Positions 9,577 through 18,224 of a stretch of 45,832 bases of DNA are shown piece by piece. The position numbers and the translations under genes are program-made. This DNA comes from an uncultured Verrucomicrobiae bacterium (lineage in GTDB: Bacteria > Verrucomicrobiota > Verrucomicrobiia > Chthoniobacterales > Chthoniobacteraceae): NCBI GenBank assembly GCA_963828525.1, contig CAWHEP010000015.1:1-45832 (forward strand). Direction: 5' to 3'. Numbering within the stretch: position 1 is the stretch's first letter; the number at the start of each line of letters is the position of its first letter. The notes beneath the pieces are model-generated. The model did not search any database. It worked only from the letters and a program-made list of their open reading frames with translations, and was not told the origin of the DNA.

Positions 9577-9708
9577 CCGAAGTGCAACTTCGGAACGAGG
9601 AGGGGGAAGGGGATTTTCGCAGATTGGTTTTAGGGGTTTCGGTCGCGAGTTCGACCGACAGACGCCTCGGCGAGCTACCTTGGGCACCCCTAGCCTTGGG
9701 CGTCCCTA
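9577..9708. repeat. Composite repeat: family A (9577-9606) plus family B (9649-9708)
   Basis: ccgaagtgcaacttcggaacgaggaggggg, then gttcgaccgacagacgcctcggcgag with reiterated ends (gcacccctag, gcgtccctag). The last CTA supplies the Fic stop codon. Confidence 0.8.
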
Positions 9709-10803
9709 GCTTAACCGGTAGCTGGTGCTCCTGCCGCCTCCTGCTTCGTGGACAAGAATGCCGCGCTCCAGCAACTGCTTGATGTCACGCAGGGCGGTGT
9801 CTTCAGAACACTTCGCGAGCTTTGCGTATTTTGACGAGGAGAGCTTTCCTTCGAAGCCGTCGAGCAAACGATTTATTACCTTTCGCTGACGTTCGTTCAC
9901 AGGTCCCTCGTTGATCCTCTCCCACGTTTTCGCTTTCCGCAGGACGCTCGATAGCGCCTCGTCAGCACCCGCGATTGCGCGACCGAGGCATTCAAAAAAC
10001 CATTCCAACCAGAGTGTGATGTCCATGCCGCCCCGCTGGCCGCGTTCCAGGCGCAGGTAATACTCTTTTCTCTCGGATTCTATTTGCGCAGACATGCTGT
10101 AGAAGCGCTCGGGCGCGCCTTCGGCTCGGGCCAGCGCCAGATCCATGATTGCCCGCCCTATTCGTCCGTTGCCATCCTCGAACGGATGGATGGTCACGAA
10201 CCAAAAATGCGCGACTCCCGCTTTGAGGACCGGATCGATCCCGGCGCGCTCCGAAAACCATTCAAGGAACCGCTTCATTTCCAATTCCAGCCGGTCCGCT
10301 GCCGGTGCTTCAAAATGCACACGCTCCCTGCCCATAGAACCGGACACAACTTGCATCGCGCCCGCCTCCAGAGGGCGCCACGCGCCGACGGTGATTTTAT
10401 GCATACCGCTGCGGCCAGTGGGAAAGAGGGAGGCGTGCCAGGCGAAGAGCCGGTCTGAGGTCAAGGGGTCCGCGTACTTCTGTGTGGCATCGAGCATCAT
10501 TTCAACCACTCCCTCAACGTTCCGCCCCGCCGCCTTCATACCCGCGAAGTCCATTCCAAGCCGCCGGGCAATGGATGAACGCACCTCCTCGGCGTCCAAA
10601 TGCTCGCCTTCGATCGCGCTGGACTTAATCACGTCGGAAGTGAGGGTGCTTAGCGTGGCTTCAGCGCGAAGCCGAGAGCCGAGGTTTTCCAGCCGACCGA
10701 GAAGTCGGCCTTGCCGGTGACGCACTTCTGCCAGCAGCGGCGACAACTTCTTGTCGTCCCATCTTAAGTTTGGCCATTCTGGCAAGTCGTGAACGTAAGA
10801 CAT
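9706..10803 (-). CDS. Fic family protein with N-terminal DUF4172 and C-terminal HTH
   Basis: Canonical Fic motif HPFEDGNGRIGR, N-terminal 'WPNLRWD', 'SSAIEGE', and C-terminal 'KCSEDTALRDI...GGRSTSY'. Confidence 0.92.
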   Translation of the reverse strand: MSYVHDLPEWPNLRWDDKKLSPLLAEVRHRQGRLLGRLENLGSRLRAEATLSTLTSDVIKSSAIEGEHLDAEEVRSSIARRLGMDFAGMKAAGRNVEGVVEMMLDATQKYADPLTSDRLFAWHASLFPTGRSGMHKITVGAWRPLEAGAMQVVSGSMGRERVHFEAPAADRLELEMKRFLEWFSERAGIDPVLKAGVAHFWFVTIHPFEDGNGRIGRAIMDLALARAEGAPERFYSMSAQIESERKEYYLRLERGQRGGMDITLWLEWFFECLGRAIAGADEALSSVLRKAKTWERINEGPVNERQRKVINRLLDGFEGKLSSSKYAKLAKCSEDTALRDIKQLLERGILVHEAGGGRSTSYRLS

Positions 10804-10804
10804 G

Positions 10805-10901
10805 ATTCTCCGCAGGTTTTGCGGAGATTATGCTGTTTATCCACCGAGCTTGCAAGGATTCACCGCATATTTTGCGGTGAATATGGGGTTTATTCGCCGC
10901 A
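10805..10901 (-). promoter_or_regulatory. Putative autoregulatory operator palindromes upstream of the Fic-HTH gene
   Basis: TCTCCGCA-n5-TGCGGAGA (10807-10827), ATTCACCGCA-n5-TGCGGTGAAT (10858-10882) and half-site ATTCGCCGCA (10892-10901), directly upstream of a protein with an HTH. The operator role is inferred. Confidence 0.55.
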
Positions 10902-10952
10902 CGTCCGCGATGAAAGCGGTCTGCGGCGGCTGGCTGCGGCTGGCTGGGGAGT

Positions 10953-11028
10953 GAAGTGCAACTTCGAAGATAAGCGGGTTCGACTGACGGACGCCTCGGC
11001 GAGGCATCCCTGCTATGGGCATCCCTAC
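10953..11028. repeat. Composite repeat: family A half (10953-10974) plus family B (10978-11028)
   Basis: gaagtgcaacttcgaagataag-cgg-gttcgactgacggacgcctcggcgaggcatccctgctatgggcatccctac. Confidence 0.8.
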
Positions 11029-11039
11029 TTTTGAGAGTG

Positions 11040-12023
11040 CTAGCGCAGGTAGAGGGCCATGGCTCCTATGTCGATGACGGCGGAACGCTCTGCCAGGAGT
11101 TCGCCTCCGAGGAGGCCGACCAAGGGGGGGCGATTGTCGATGACCTTGCTGTTCCATGCTTCGGAAAGATCGGTGATGCCGACGGGGACTGAGGGGAAAG
11201 TGAACGCGCCGACAACAAATTGGCGGAAGCGGGTCGCTGTGACCGGATGGGTGTGGCCGTTTATGTTTTCACCGCTGAGACGGGTGCGCGCGCCGAAGAC
11301 GCCCTGGCGGCGCATGAAAGCGCGATCAACCAAGGTGATGAAAGAGCCTGTGTCCACGACCATGCGGTACGGATGGCCTTCCAGGAGGCAGGGAACGGTA
11401 AAGTGCCCTTGCTCGATAGCCATGGGGACGCGGGTGTAACCGGATCTCGCCATGCTGGAGGCGAGATGGCTCGCGCCGGTTGATTCCATCTTGAACGAGA
11501 GTTGCTGGCGCGCGTAATCAAGAACGCAGGAATAATCCAGGAGGGTGTCCGCTCCGATGAGCCCCTCCATGACGCGCCGCCGTCCGTTCACGTAGAGTTT
11601 GGCCTCGTTGATGTGGGAGAGGTTGACGAGGGCGACGGGGCGGATGCCGAGCTTGACGTCGCCAGCCTGGAGATCGTCGACAAGGCCGATGGGGACAGGC
11701 TGTCCGCCGATCCTGATGCTGGAGGGAATGGGGGCTCCCGGAGGAACGGCGCGGACTTTAAAGAGTTCGCCGCTCTCAGAATTAAAAGCGGTGATGGGGG
11801 CGCCAGTATCGACGCCAAACATGGCAAATGAACCATTCACCTTCGTGAAGATGAGCAGGTGGTTCTGCGAGCCGCGCAGCAGATGGATGCCGCGGAAGCC
11901 AGGGCCAAGGAAGGCGATTGTCTCCGGGTCGTTGCGCGCTTCGGCGGGTGGGCGGCAGAGGAGGAAGACGGCGAGCAAGCAGCCGGAGGTTTTACAGAGT
12001 TTCCAGAGGCCGCGGCAATGCAC
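11040..12023 (-). CDS. Secreted aspartyl protease with two retropepsin-like domains
   Basis: Two catalytic motifs (FGVDTGA, MVVDTGS), each followed by a GLIGAD/GLLGGE motif; hydrophobic N-terminus; start uncertain. Confidence 0.8.
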   Translation of the reverse strand: MHCRGLWKLCKTSGCLLAVFLLCRPPAEARNDPETIAFLGPGFRGIHLLRGSQNHLLIFTKVNGSFAMFGVDTGAPITAFNSESGELFKVRAVPPGAPIPSSIRIGGQPVPIGLVDDLQAGDVKLGIRPVALVNLSHINEAKLYVNGRRRVMEGLIGADTLLDYSCVLDYARQQLSFKMESTGASHLASSMARSGYTRVPMAIEQGHFTVPCLLEGHPYRMVVDTGSFITLVDRAFMRRQGVFGARTRLSGENINGHTHPVTATRFRQFVVGAFTFPSVPVGITDLSEAWNSKVIDNRPPLVGLLGGELLAERSAVIDIGAMALYLR

Positions 12024-12112
12024 GCCGTGTAAATCGGCTAACGCGCGACGAAAAGAAAGGAGAGATGAGTCGGTTCTGCGGGGGAGGGAGTTGCAGAGGG
12101 GTGGAACGCGGA

Positions 12113-12245
12113 GCGAAGCGCGACTTCGGAGCGGGGAAGGGAGCTTTTCTGGGCGCTTGGGAGGTTCCGGCGCGGTTTCGACTGACGGACGCCTCGGCGA
12201 GCTTCCCTACCTTTGGCTTCCCTACCTTTGGCTTCCCAACTTGGG
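12113..12245. repeat. Composite repeat: degenerate family A (12113-12141) plus family B with tandemly triplicated end (12177-12245)
   Basis: gcgaagcgcgacttcggagcggggaaggg ... ttcgactgacggacgcctcggcga-(gcttccctacctttg)x2-gcttcccaacttggg. Confidence 0.8.
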
Positions 12246-12258
12246 AGGCGCGATTTCG

Positions 12259-14344
12259 TTACGCGGCGTAGTATTTGGGGTAGCGGTAGTAGTGGTAGTC
12301 CGGCATTTGCGTGTTTACGCAGTTGATGATTAGGCCGAGGACATTTACCTGGCGCTGGTAGAGGGCGTTGAGGGAGTTCGTGACCAGGCGCGCGGAGGTG
12401 AAGCCGGCGCGCATGACCATGAGGGTGCCGTCGAAGTTCGGGGCGATGGTGGGGGTGTCGTCGGTGGCCAGGATGGGCGCGGTGTTGAATATGGTGAGAT
12501 CGAACTGGTCGCGGCATTCCGCCAGGAAGCCATCGAACATGGGGACGAGAAAGAGTTCGGCGGATTGATTGGTGACGGGGCCGCGCGGCAGAAGGGTAAG
12601 GCTCGGGTGGCTCGTGGTCTGGAGAGCGGATTTCCAGCCGACTTCGCCGCGGAGGACGCTGGAGAGGCCAAGGATGCCTTTTTGCTCGAATAGATCGGAA
12701 AGATCTCCGCGCCGGAGGTCGGCATCGACGAGGAGGACGCGGGCGCCGGCAAGCGCCATCGTGACAGCCAGGTTGCTGGCCACCGTGGATTTCCCTTCAC
12801 CGGGTATGGCGCTGGTGACGATGATGGTGCGCAGGTTCGCCTGGTTTGGCATGAAGATGAGGGAGGAGCGGAGACTGCGGAACGATTCCGCGAAGGAGTA
12901 ACGCTCATCCGCCGCTGTCAGCAGCGGCAGGCGATTGCCGCTGCGGCTGTCGGCTACGTCGGGAATCTGGCCGAGGATGGGTTCCGTAAAGAGGTCGGTG
13001 ACTTCGGTGGAGGAGTTAATGCGGTCGTCGGCGCGATCCATGAGCAGGAGGATGCCGCAGCCTGCAATGAGGCCGAGCGCCAGGCCGGTAAGAAGATGGG
13101 CGAGAGTGCCGCGCGGGACTTGCTCGGGATCGCTGGCCTTCTGCATGATCTGAATGACGCCATCGGAGCCCGTGTCCTTGCGAAGGAGCACGCTTTTGAG
13201 GTCCGCCAGCAGTTGCAGATAGACGGTCTGGGCGCGCAGCGACGGCGTCCACCCGCTGGGTGTAACCGTCCGTCTTGTGGCCCGCGTCCTTGGCTTTGAT
13301 TTCCCAGTTTTTGATGTTGTCGTTGAGTGTGACTAGTTCCGCTTTTATCTGGCCGATCTGCGCTTTGGACTGCTCTTCGTTCTGCTTTTTGATGTCTTCG
13401 ATTTCGCCTTTTATAAGGTCGATCTGGTCCTGAATGGCTATGAGTTTCGGGTGTTTCGGCTTCCAGACTTTGCTCCGCTCGGCGAGCAGGGCGCGCGCGC
13501 GGCTGAGCTCCAGCGAGCGCTGAAGGTATTGCGTGGAGAGGTCAAGCCCGATGGGAGTCTCTCCAGTCTCCGGAGTCTTCTCGGTGCCGGGAGTATCAGC
13601 GGTCGCGGCCGAATTAGAGGGGGACATAAGGAGCTGCTCGGAGGTGAGGTTTTGCAGACGATCCAGCTCCGTCTCAAGCTTCGCGCGCTTTTTGGAGAGG
13701 TCGCCGAGGAACGTGGATGCTTCCTTCTGGCGTTCGGTCCACCCGGCCATGTCATTCTGGTCGGAGTAATCGCGGAGTTCCTTTTCCACGGCTGCTTTCT
13801 CATCGCGCTGCTTGGCGATTTCTTCGTTGATCTGTTTGGCAGCCAGTTCAGCCTGGCCTTGTTCCTTTTCGTGACGGGAATTTAGAAATTCCTCCATCGC
13901 GGCGTCAACGAAGCGCTGTGTGTACTCCGGGTTGTCACCGTTGCCCACGAGGTCAAAGATGGAGGTGCCGGGCAACCGGGTCGCGGTGAGTTCAACCTTC
14001 CCGCGCAAGTTGGGCGCTTCGAGCTTTACGCGGCGTTCGGCGCGGCTCTTGATCTCCTGGTTCTGGAGCCACTGCCGCGCGGTTCCAAAGAACTCCATAT
14101 CCTGATTGGGTTGCACCTGGGCGGCGCCCTGAACCTCGATCTTGTCAGTCAGGGAGAGCTGGCCGTCGGAGGTATATTCGACAGGTTTTGAAAAAACCAA
14201 TAAAGCTTCGATGCCGAGGCCGAGGGCGATGGCTGAGGCGAGAACCCACCAGCGGCGCTTCACGAGGCCGCGATAGCGGTAGAGCTTCAGACTGAGGCGG
14301 GAGCCCCAATCGCGGGCGGCGGAAGGAGGCGGTTCGATTTCCAT
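12259..14344 (-). CDS. wzc: Polysaccharide co-polymerase / tyrosine autokinase (Wzc/GumC-like), split by a frameshift near 13240
   Basis: N-terminal TM segment (KRRWWVL) and coiled coil in ORF 13016..14344. Second TM, 'ESFRSLRSSL', Walker A GEGKS, DADLRR and Tyr-rich tail DYHYYRYPKYY in ORF 12259..13191. The frames join via LRAQTVYLQLLADLK. Confidence 0.85.
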
Positions 14345-14350
14345 AAGGGG

Positions 14351-15094
14351 TTACCAGTTGATGGCTTTTTGCGGCACCCAGATGTAATCGCCATCGTGGA
14401 CAACGGGATCCTCCACGTGGGCCTTGGCCTTCCAGACACCGAGGACATCGACTTTCACGGTCTGTTTCGCGCCGCCTCGTTCCTTCTGGGTGATCCTGAC
14501 ATCGTCGCTCGCCGCGAACTGCGCGAAGCCGCCCGCCTTCAGGATGATATTGCTGACAGTGACGCGCTCGCCGGGATCGAGCGGAATGGGCCCCGGGGCC
14601 TTGACGGCGCCGGCGACATAGACTTTGCCATAGACGATGGGCTCCTGCATGACCATGTCGATGGCGAGATGCACAGTGGCCTTATAGTAATAGTCCGCCT
14701 CAAGCTTTCGCTTCAACTCGGCTTCGACGGCAGAGCAGCTCTTGCCTGAGACATGAACGCGGCCCAACGGCTGGACATCGAGATCGCCGGTGGCGGTGAC
14801 AACTTTTTGGACCGGGCCGGTCTTATCCTCAACGATTTCAAGGGTGACCTGATCGCCCACGTGGAGCGGTTTATCGGGATCCGCGGCAGTCTGCCTGTAG
14901 GCGGGCGCGGGAGGCGCGGCAAGCCCTGGGTAACCTTGCGGATCGGCGGAAGGCTGCGGAGCCTGCTCCGAGCGGAGGGGCAGAGGGGTGTCGTTAAACA
15001 GCGAGTGAGCGCCAGGGGCAGCCTTCACTTGCGCCACACAGACCAGCCACACCACCCACACCGCGATTGCAGAGGAGAGGGGGCGGAGAGTCAT
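14351..15094 (-). CDS. Polysaccharide export protein (OPX/Wza-like; Poly_export plus SLBB domains)
   Basis: 'LHVGDQVTLEIVED...VTATGDLDVQPLGRVHVSG', 'VYVAGAVKAPG', 'AGGF', 'DGDYIWVP'; signal peptide from ATG 15094. Confidence 0.85.
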   Translation of the reverse strand: MTLRPLSSAIAVWVVWLVCVAQVKAAPGAHSLFNDTPLPLRSEQAPQPSADPQGYPGLAAPPAPAYRQTAADPDKPLHVGDQVTLEIVEDKTGPVQKVVTATGDLDVQPLGRVHVSGKSCSAVEAELKRKLEADYYYKATVHLAIDMVMQEPIVYGKVYVAGAVKAPGPIPLDPGERVTVSNIILKAGGFAQFAASDDVRITQKERGGAKQTVKVDVLGVWKAKAHVEDPVVHDGDYIWVPQKAINW

Positions 15095-15099
15095 AAGCT

Positions 15100-16359
15100 T
15101 TAAAAACTGTAAAAGGCGCTCAATAATACCAAATTCTGCTGATAACCAAGCTGAGGCAGATTCGAATCCTTCAACAGGAAGCGGTAATCCAGCCCCAGCG
15201 TGATAGAAGGAGTTAGCACGTAGCGTGCCCCGAGGGCGAATCCATAACGATCCGCTGTTTCGGCCCCTTGTCCAGAAGTGGTGTAATGTTCGTAGAAAGC
15301 GGTGGGATCCAGAGAGAGAGAGGGGTTGACCTTCCACTCCGCGCCATACTCCACGTGGTAGAGGGTGTAGAAATTCTGGCCAAAGCCAATCTCAGCATTT
15401 TTCGAAAATGAGAGATGCTGGGTGAGATTATCGCTGAGCCGGTTGGTGACCTCGAGCCTGCCGTACCAGGAAGTGGAGTCCCCGTTGTCATTGATGGAAC
15501 CCCCGCGATCAAAGGTGAACTCCTGAAAACCAGCTTCCGCGTAAAGCCGCGTGGACTCGTTCAAGTTGATGTCGACGAATGGTCCGACGCTGATGCCAAC
15601 GCCATCGTTCTGCCCGGGGTGCTCGAACGTGATGAAGGAACCGGAGATACTGACGCCAGTGGAGAGGTTTGGCCCGAGGACGATGGTGGGCTTGACATAG
15701 AGGGTATCGACGGCGCGGCTGAGATCCTGGAATTGCGAATCGAGCGCCCACAGGTTGTAGTGGTCGTAACCGGCTGTGAGCTTGATGCGTTCGTTGATGT
15801 CCCAATCAGCCTGGACACCCACCTGGTTTTCAAACCGGCGATAGACAGCGACTCCGCTGAGGATGGGTAGATCGAACGGATCCTCCTGGTAGCTGAAGCG
15901 CTCGCGGAAAGTGAGCGAGACTTCGCCGACATGGACGGTGAGCTCCAGCGCCGAGTTCGGCGAAAGCAGCACGCCACGGGTGTCGAATTGGGAATGGTCG
16001 AAATACTTCGCGTAGCTCAGGCCGAGAGAAAAGCGGAGGACATTGAGATCGCTGATGCGCCACGCGGAATCGAACTCCACAGAGGGGCGGAAGATGATGT
16101 CGGATTTCCGCTGGCCGTTTGGAGCGAGATTGATGTTGTCGTTAAACTCCAGCGCGACGCCGGCGGCGACGTTAACGCCGATGTTGGAGCCGAGACGCAG
16201 GTTGTACTTCTCCTCCTGCTCGGCGGTTGGCACCTGCACGGTGGCAAGGTCCTCTGGCGTGGCCAGAGTGCGAAAATATTCCTGAGCGCGAAGCGCTTGG
16301 GGGGCAAGGAGGGCGAGCGCCGCGCCTAAAAGGAGCGGCTTCGGAAGAGATATTTTCAT
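15100..16359 (-). CDS. Outer-membrane beta-barrel protein associated with exopolysaccharide export
   Basis: Signal peptide, alternating amphipathic strands, 'FNDNINL' motif and C-terminal aromatic F; co-oriented with OPX and Wzc. Confidence 0.75.
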   Translation of the reverse strand: MKISLPKPLLLGAALALLAPQALRAQEYFRTLATPEDLATVQVPTAEQEEKYNLRLGSNIGVNVAAGVALEFNDNINLAPNGQRKSDIIFRPSVEFDSAWRISDLNVLRFSLGLSYAKYFDHSQFDTRGVLLSPNSALELTVHVGEVSLTFRERFSYQEDPFDLPILSGVAVYRRFENQVGVQADWDINERIKLTAGYDHYNLWALDSQFQDLSRAVDTLYVKPTIVLGPNLSTGVSISGSFITFEHPGQNDGVGISVGPFVDINLNESTRLYAEAGFQEFTFDRGGSINDNGDSTSWYGRLEVTNRLSDNLTQHLSFSKNAEIGFGQNFYTLYHVEYGAEWKVNPSLSLDPTAFYEHYTTSGQGAETADRYGFALGARYVLTPSITLGLDYRFLLKDSNLPQLGYQQNLVLLSAFYSF

Positions 16360-16476
16360 AGGGCGCGTGAATTTTCCGGCCAACTATGCGAAAAATCATC
16401 AATGAGCGCAATGTAAAACAATATCAGAGGCGCCGACTCGAGGATGAAACTGCGGAATACAAAGGAAGAAGCCTGA

Positions 16477-17055
16477 CTACAAGCTGCCCCCGGGCATGAT
16501 GCGCACCGATTTGATAATGGCGCGATCCATGGGGTTGTCGTTCGTATCAACTGGGAGATTGCTGACAGCGCGGAGGGTTTCCATGCCCTCCAGGACGCGA
16601 CCGAAGACGGTGTATTTGCCATCCAGCTCGGGCATGGGCTTCAGACAGATGTAAAACTGGCTGCCGTTGGAGCGCCGGGATGGGTTTATATCGTCGGGGA
16701 GGCGGGAGGTGGCAACCGCGCCGAGCGTGTGTTTGCGGTGAATCTCCGGCGGGAGAGTGTATCCAGGGCCACCGATGCCGACACGCAGCCTGTCTTTGCC
16801 CTTGCTGTATGGGTCGCCCGCTTGAACGAGAGTATCCTTAAAGGCGCGATGGAATGCCATGCCATTGTAGAAGCCATGGCGCGCCAGGTCTTCGAAATTG
16901 CGCGCGGTGAGCGGCGCTTCGGCATCGGCGAGTTCAATAACAACGCGCTTGGGCTGTTTGTCATCCGGCAGGCGGATCGAAAGGACGGCCAATTCGTTGG
17001 CGAAAAGCGGCGAGGCGCAGGCGAGCGACAGGGCGAGAAGCAGGAGGTGTTTCAT
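16477..17055 (-). CDS. Periplasmic cyclophilin-type peptidyl-prolyl isomerase
   Basis: APLTARNF...GFYNGMAFHR...QAGDP...GGPGY...SNGSQFYI...LDGKYTVFGRV; ATG 17055 overlaps the ygfZ stop (ATGA). Confidence 0.92.
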   Translation of the reverse strand: MKHLLLLALSLACASPLFANELAVLSIRLPDDKQPKRVVIELADAEAPLTARNFEDLARHGFYNGMAFHRAFKDTLVQAGDPYSKGKDRLRVGIGGPGYTLPPEIHRKHTLGAVATSRLPDDINPSRRSNGSQFYICLKPMPELDGKYTVFGRVLEGMETLRAVSNLPVDTNDNPMDRAIIKSVRIMPGGSL

Positions 17056-18011
17056 GGGATTAAGGGCAACGAGCGAGCTTCCACTACACATGGGTTTCCA
17101 CCGGCAACCGGATTGTCTGGATCGCGCGCATTCAGAAGACCGGGTTCGAAGCCCCGCTTCAAATAGCCCAACGCGGCCTGCTTTTCCAAGCCGAAACTGC
17201 GCGCGACGGTCGTAAGCCATCCGGCGTCCTTTTCAGGCTGGCTCTGCGAAAACAGGCGCATACCCGGCTGGAGGCTGCCCTCGATGGCGACGAAACCCAG
17301 AAGACGCTTGTTTACCTGTCCGATGCTCTTCAAGCGCGAGATGACTTCCTGGCCGACATAGCAGCCTTTGCCGTAGTCGATAGCATGGCGATCCAGGCCG
17401 GCCTCCACGGGGATGGTGTCCTCTGTGAGTTCGCATCCCCACTTGGGCACCCCCGCCTCGACTCGAAGGCATTCCAGCACCGCGTCGCTGGCCGTTGGCA
17501 GCTCACGGGAGAGCCACGCCCAGACATCGCCAGAACGGTCACTCTCAACGACGATGTCAATGCCGTCCGAGCCGAGGCGGCGAGACCCGAGGATGGAAGC
17601 GGACGGATGCGCCGCTGACAAGGCCCCGATGAGTTCGGCGGCACGGGCGGATTCAACGCCGAAGATGTGGAAAAGAGACAGGGCATCGGTAACGTCGACG
17701 AGTTCGACATCGTCGGAGATGATGTAACGCTCAAGCCGGGCGGCAAGAGTCCCCGCGAGGGAGGCGTCCGCGTCCATCTGAAGGAAGTCCGCGCCGGCAA
17801 AGACGTGGATGTCCGCGCACATCTTGCCCTTTGCGGTCATGACGCAGGCGGCCAGGGTCTGGGTCGCGGAAGCGCGGCGTATGTCTTTGCTCGTTTGGCC
17901 ATTCAGAAAACGGACACGGTCAGCGCCGGTGAGACGCAGCTTTGCGCGCGCGGAGAGATCGCATAGACCACCATCGCGTTTGACGGCGGCATACGTTTGG
18001 GCGTCTAGCAT
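17052..18011 (-). CDS. ygfZ: YgfZ/GcvT-family folate-binding protein
   Basis: Signature KGCYVGQE; '[13 protein letters not shown]'. Confidence 0.9.
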   Translation of the reverse strand: MLDAQTYAAVKRDGGLCDLSARAKLRLTGADRVRFLNGQTSKDIRRASATQTLAACVMTAKGKMCADIHVFAGADFLQMDADASLAGTLAARLERYIISDDVELVDVTDALSLFHIFGVESARAAELIGALSAAHPSASILGSRRLGSDGIDIVVESDRSGDVWAWLSRELPTASDAVLECLRVEAGVPKWGCELTEDTIPVEAGLDRHAIDYGKGCYVGQEVISRLKSIGQVNKRLLGFVAIEGSLQPGMRLFSQSQPEKDAGWLTTVARSFGLEKQAALGYLKRGFEPGLLNARDPDNPVAGGNPCVVEARSLPLIP

Positions 18012-18065
18012 GAGACGGAAGAGTTCAAGGGAAGGAGCGGAAGAACGGGCGGGCGGGCTTGCCGC

Positions 18066-18150
18066 TGGTGCTCACGAGAGGACTCGAACCTCCACGGGTT
18101 ACCCCATACGGTCCTGAGCCGTACGCGTCTGCCAATTCCGCCACGTGAGC
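18066..18150 (-). tRNA. tRNA-Leu (CAG)
   Basis: GCTCACG...GGCGGAATTGGCAGACGCG-TACGG-CTCAGGA-CCGTA-(long variable arm)-GGAGGTTCGAGTCCTCT-CGTGAGC-ACCA; 85 nt with encoded CCA. Confidence 0.97.
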
Positions 18151-18224
18151 AAAAACTGCGAATGATCCCATCCAGAAACGGGGGATCAAGATAGAACGAA
18201 ATACAAGAAGCTGGAAACGAAAAT

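Noticed and set aside
2363..12245. Repeats as a CRISPR array
   Set aside because: Copies are separated by whole genes, not ~30-40 nt spacers, and no cas genes are present.
2363..12245. Repeats as integron attC sites
   Set aside because: No RYYYAAC...GTTRRRY boundaries (repeat B starts GTTCGAC), genes lie on both strands, and there is no intI.
18066..18150. tRNA-Leu as the integration site of an island
   Set aside because: No duplicated tRNA 3' end found beyond a short chance match near 9722; no integrase; flanks are core genes.
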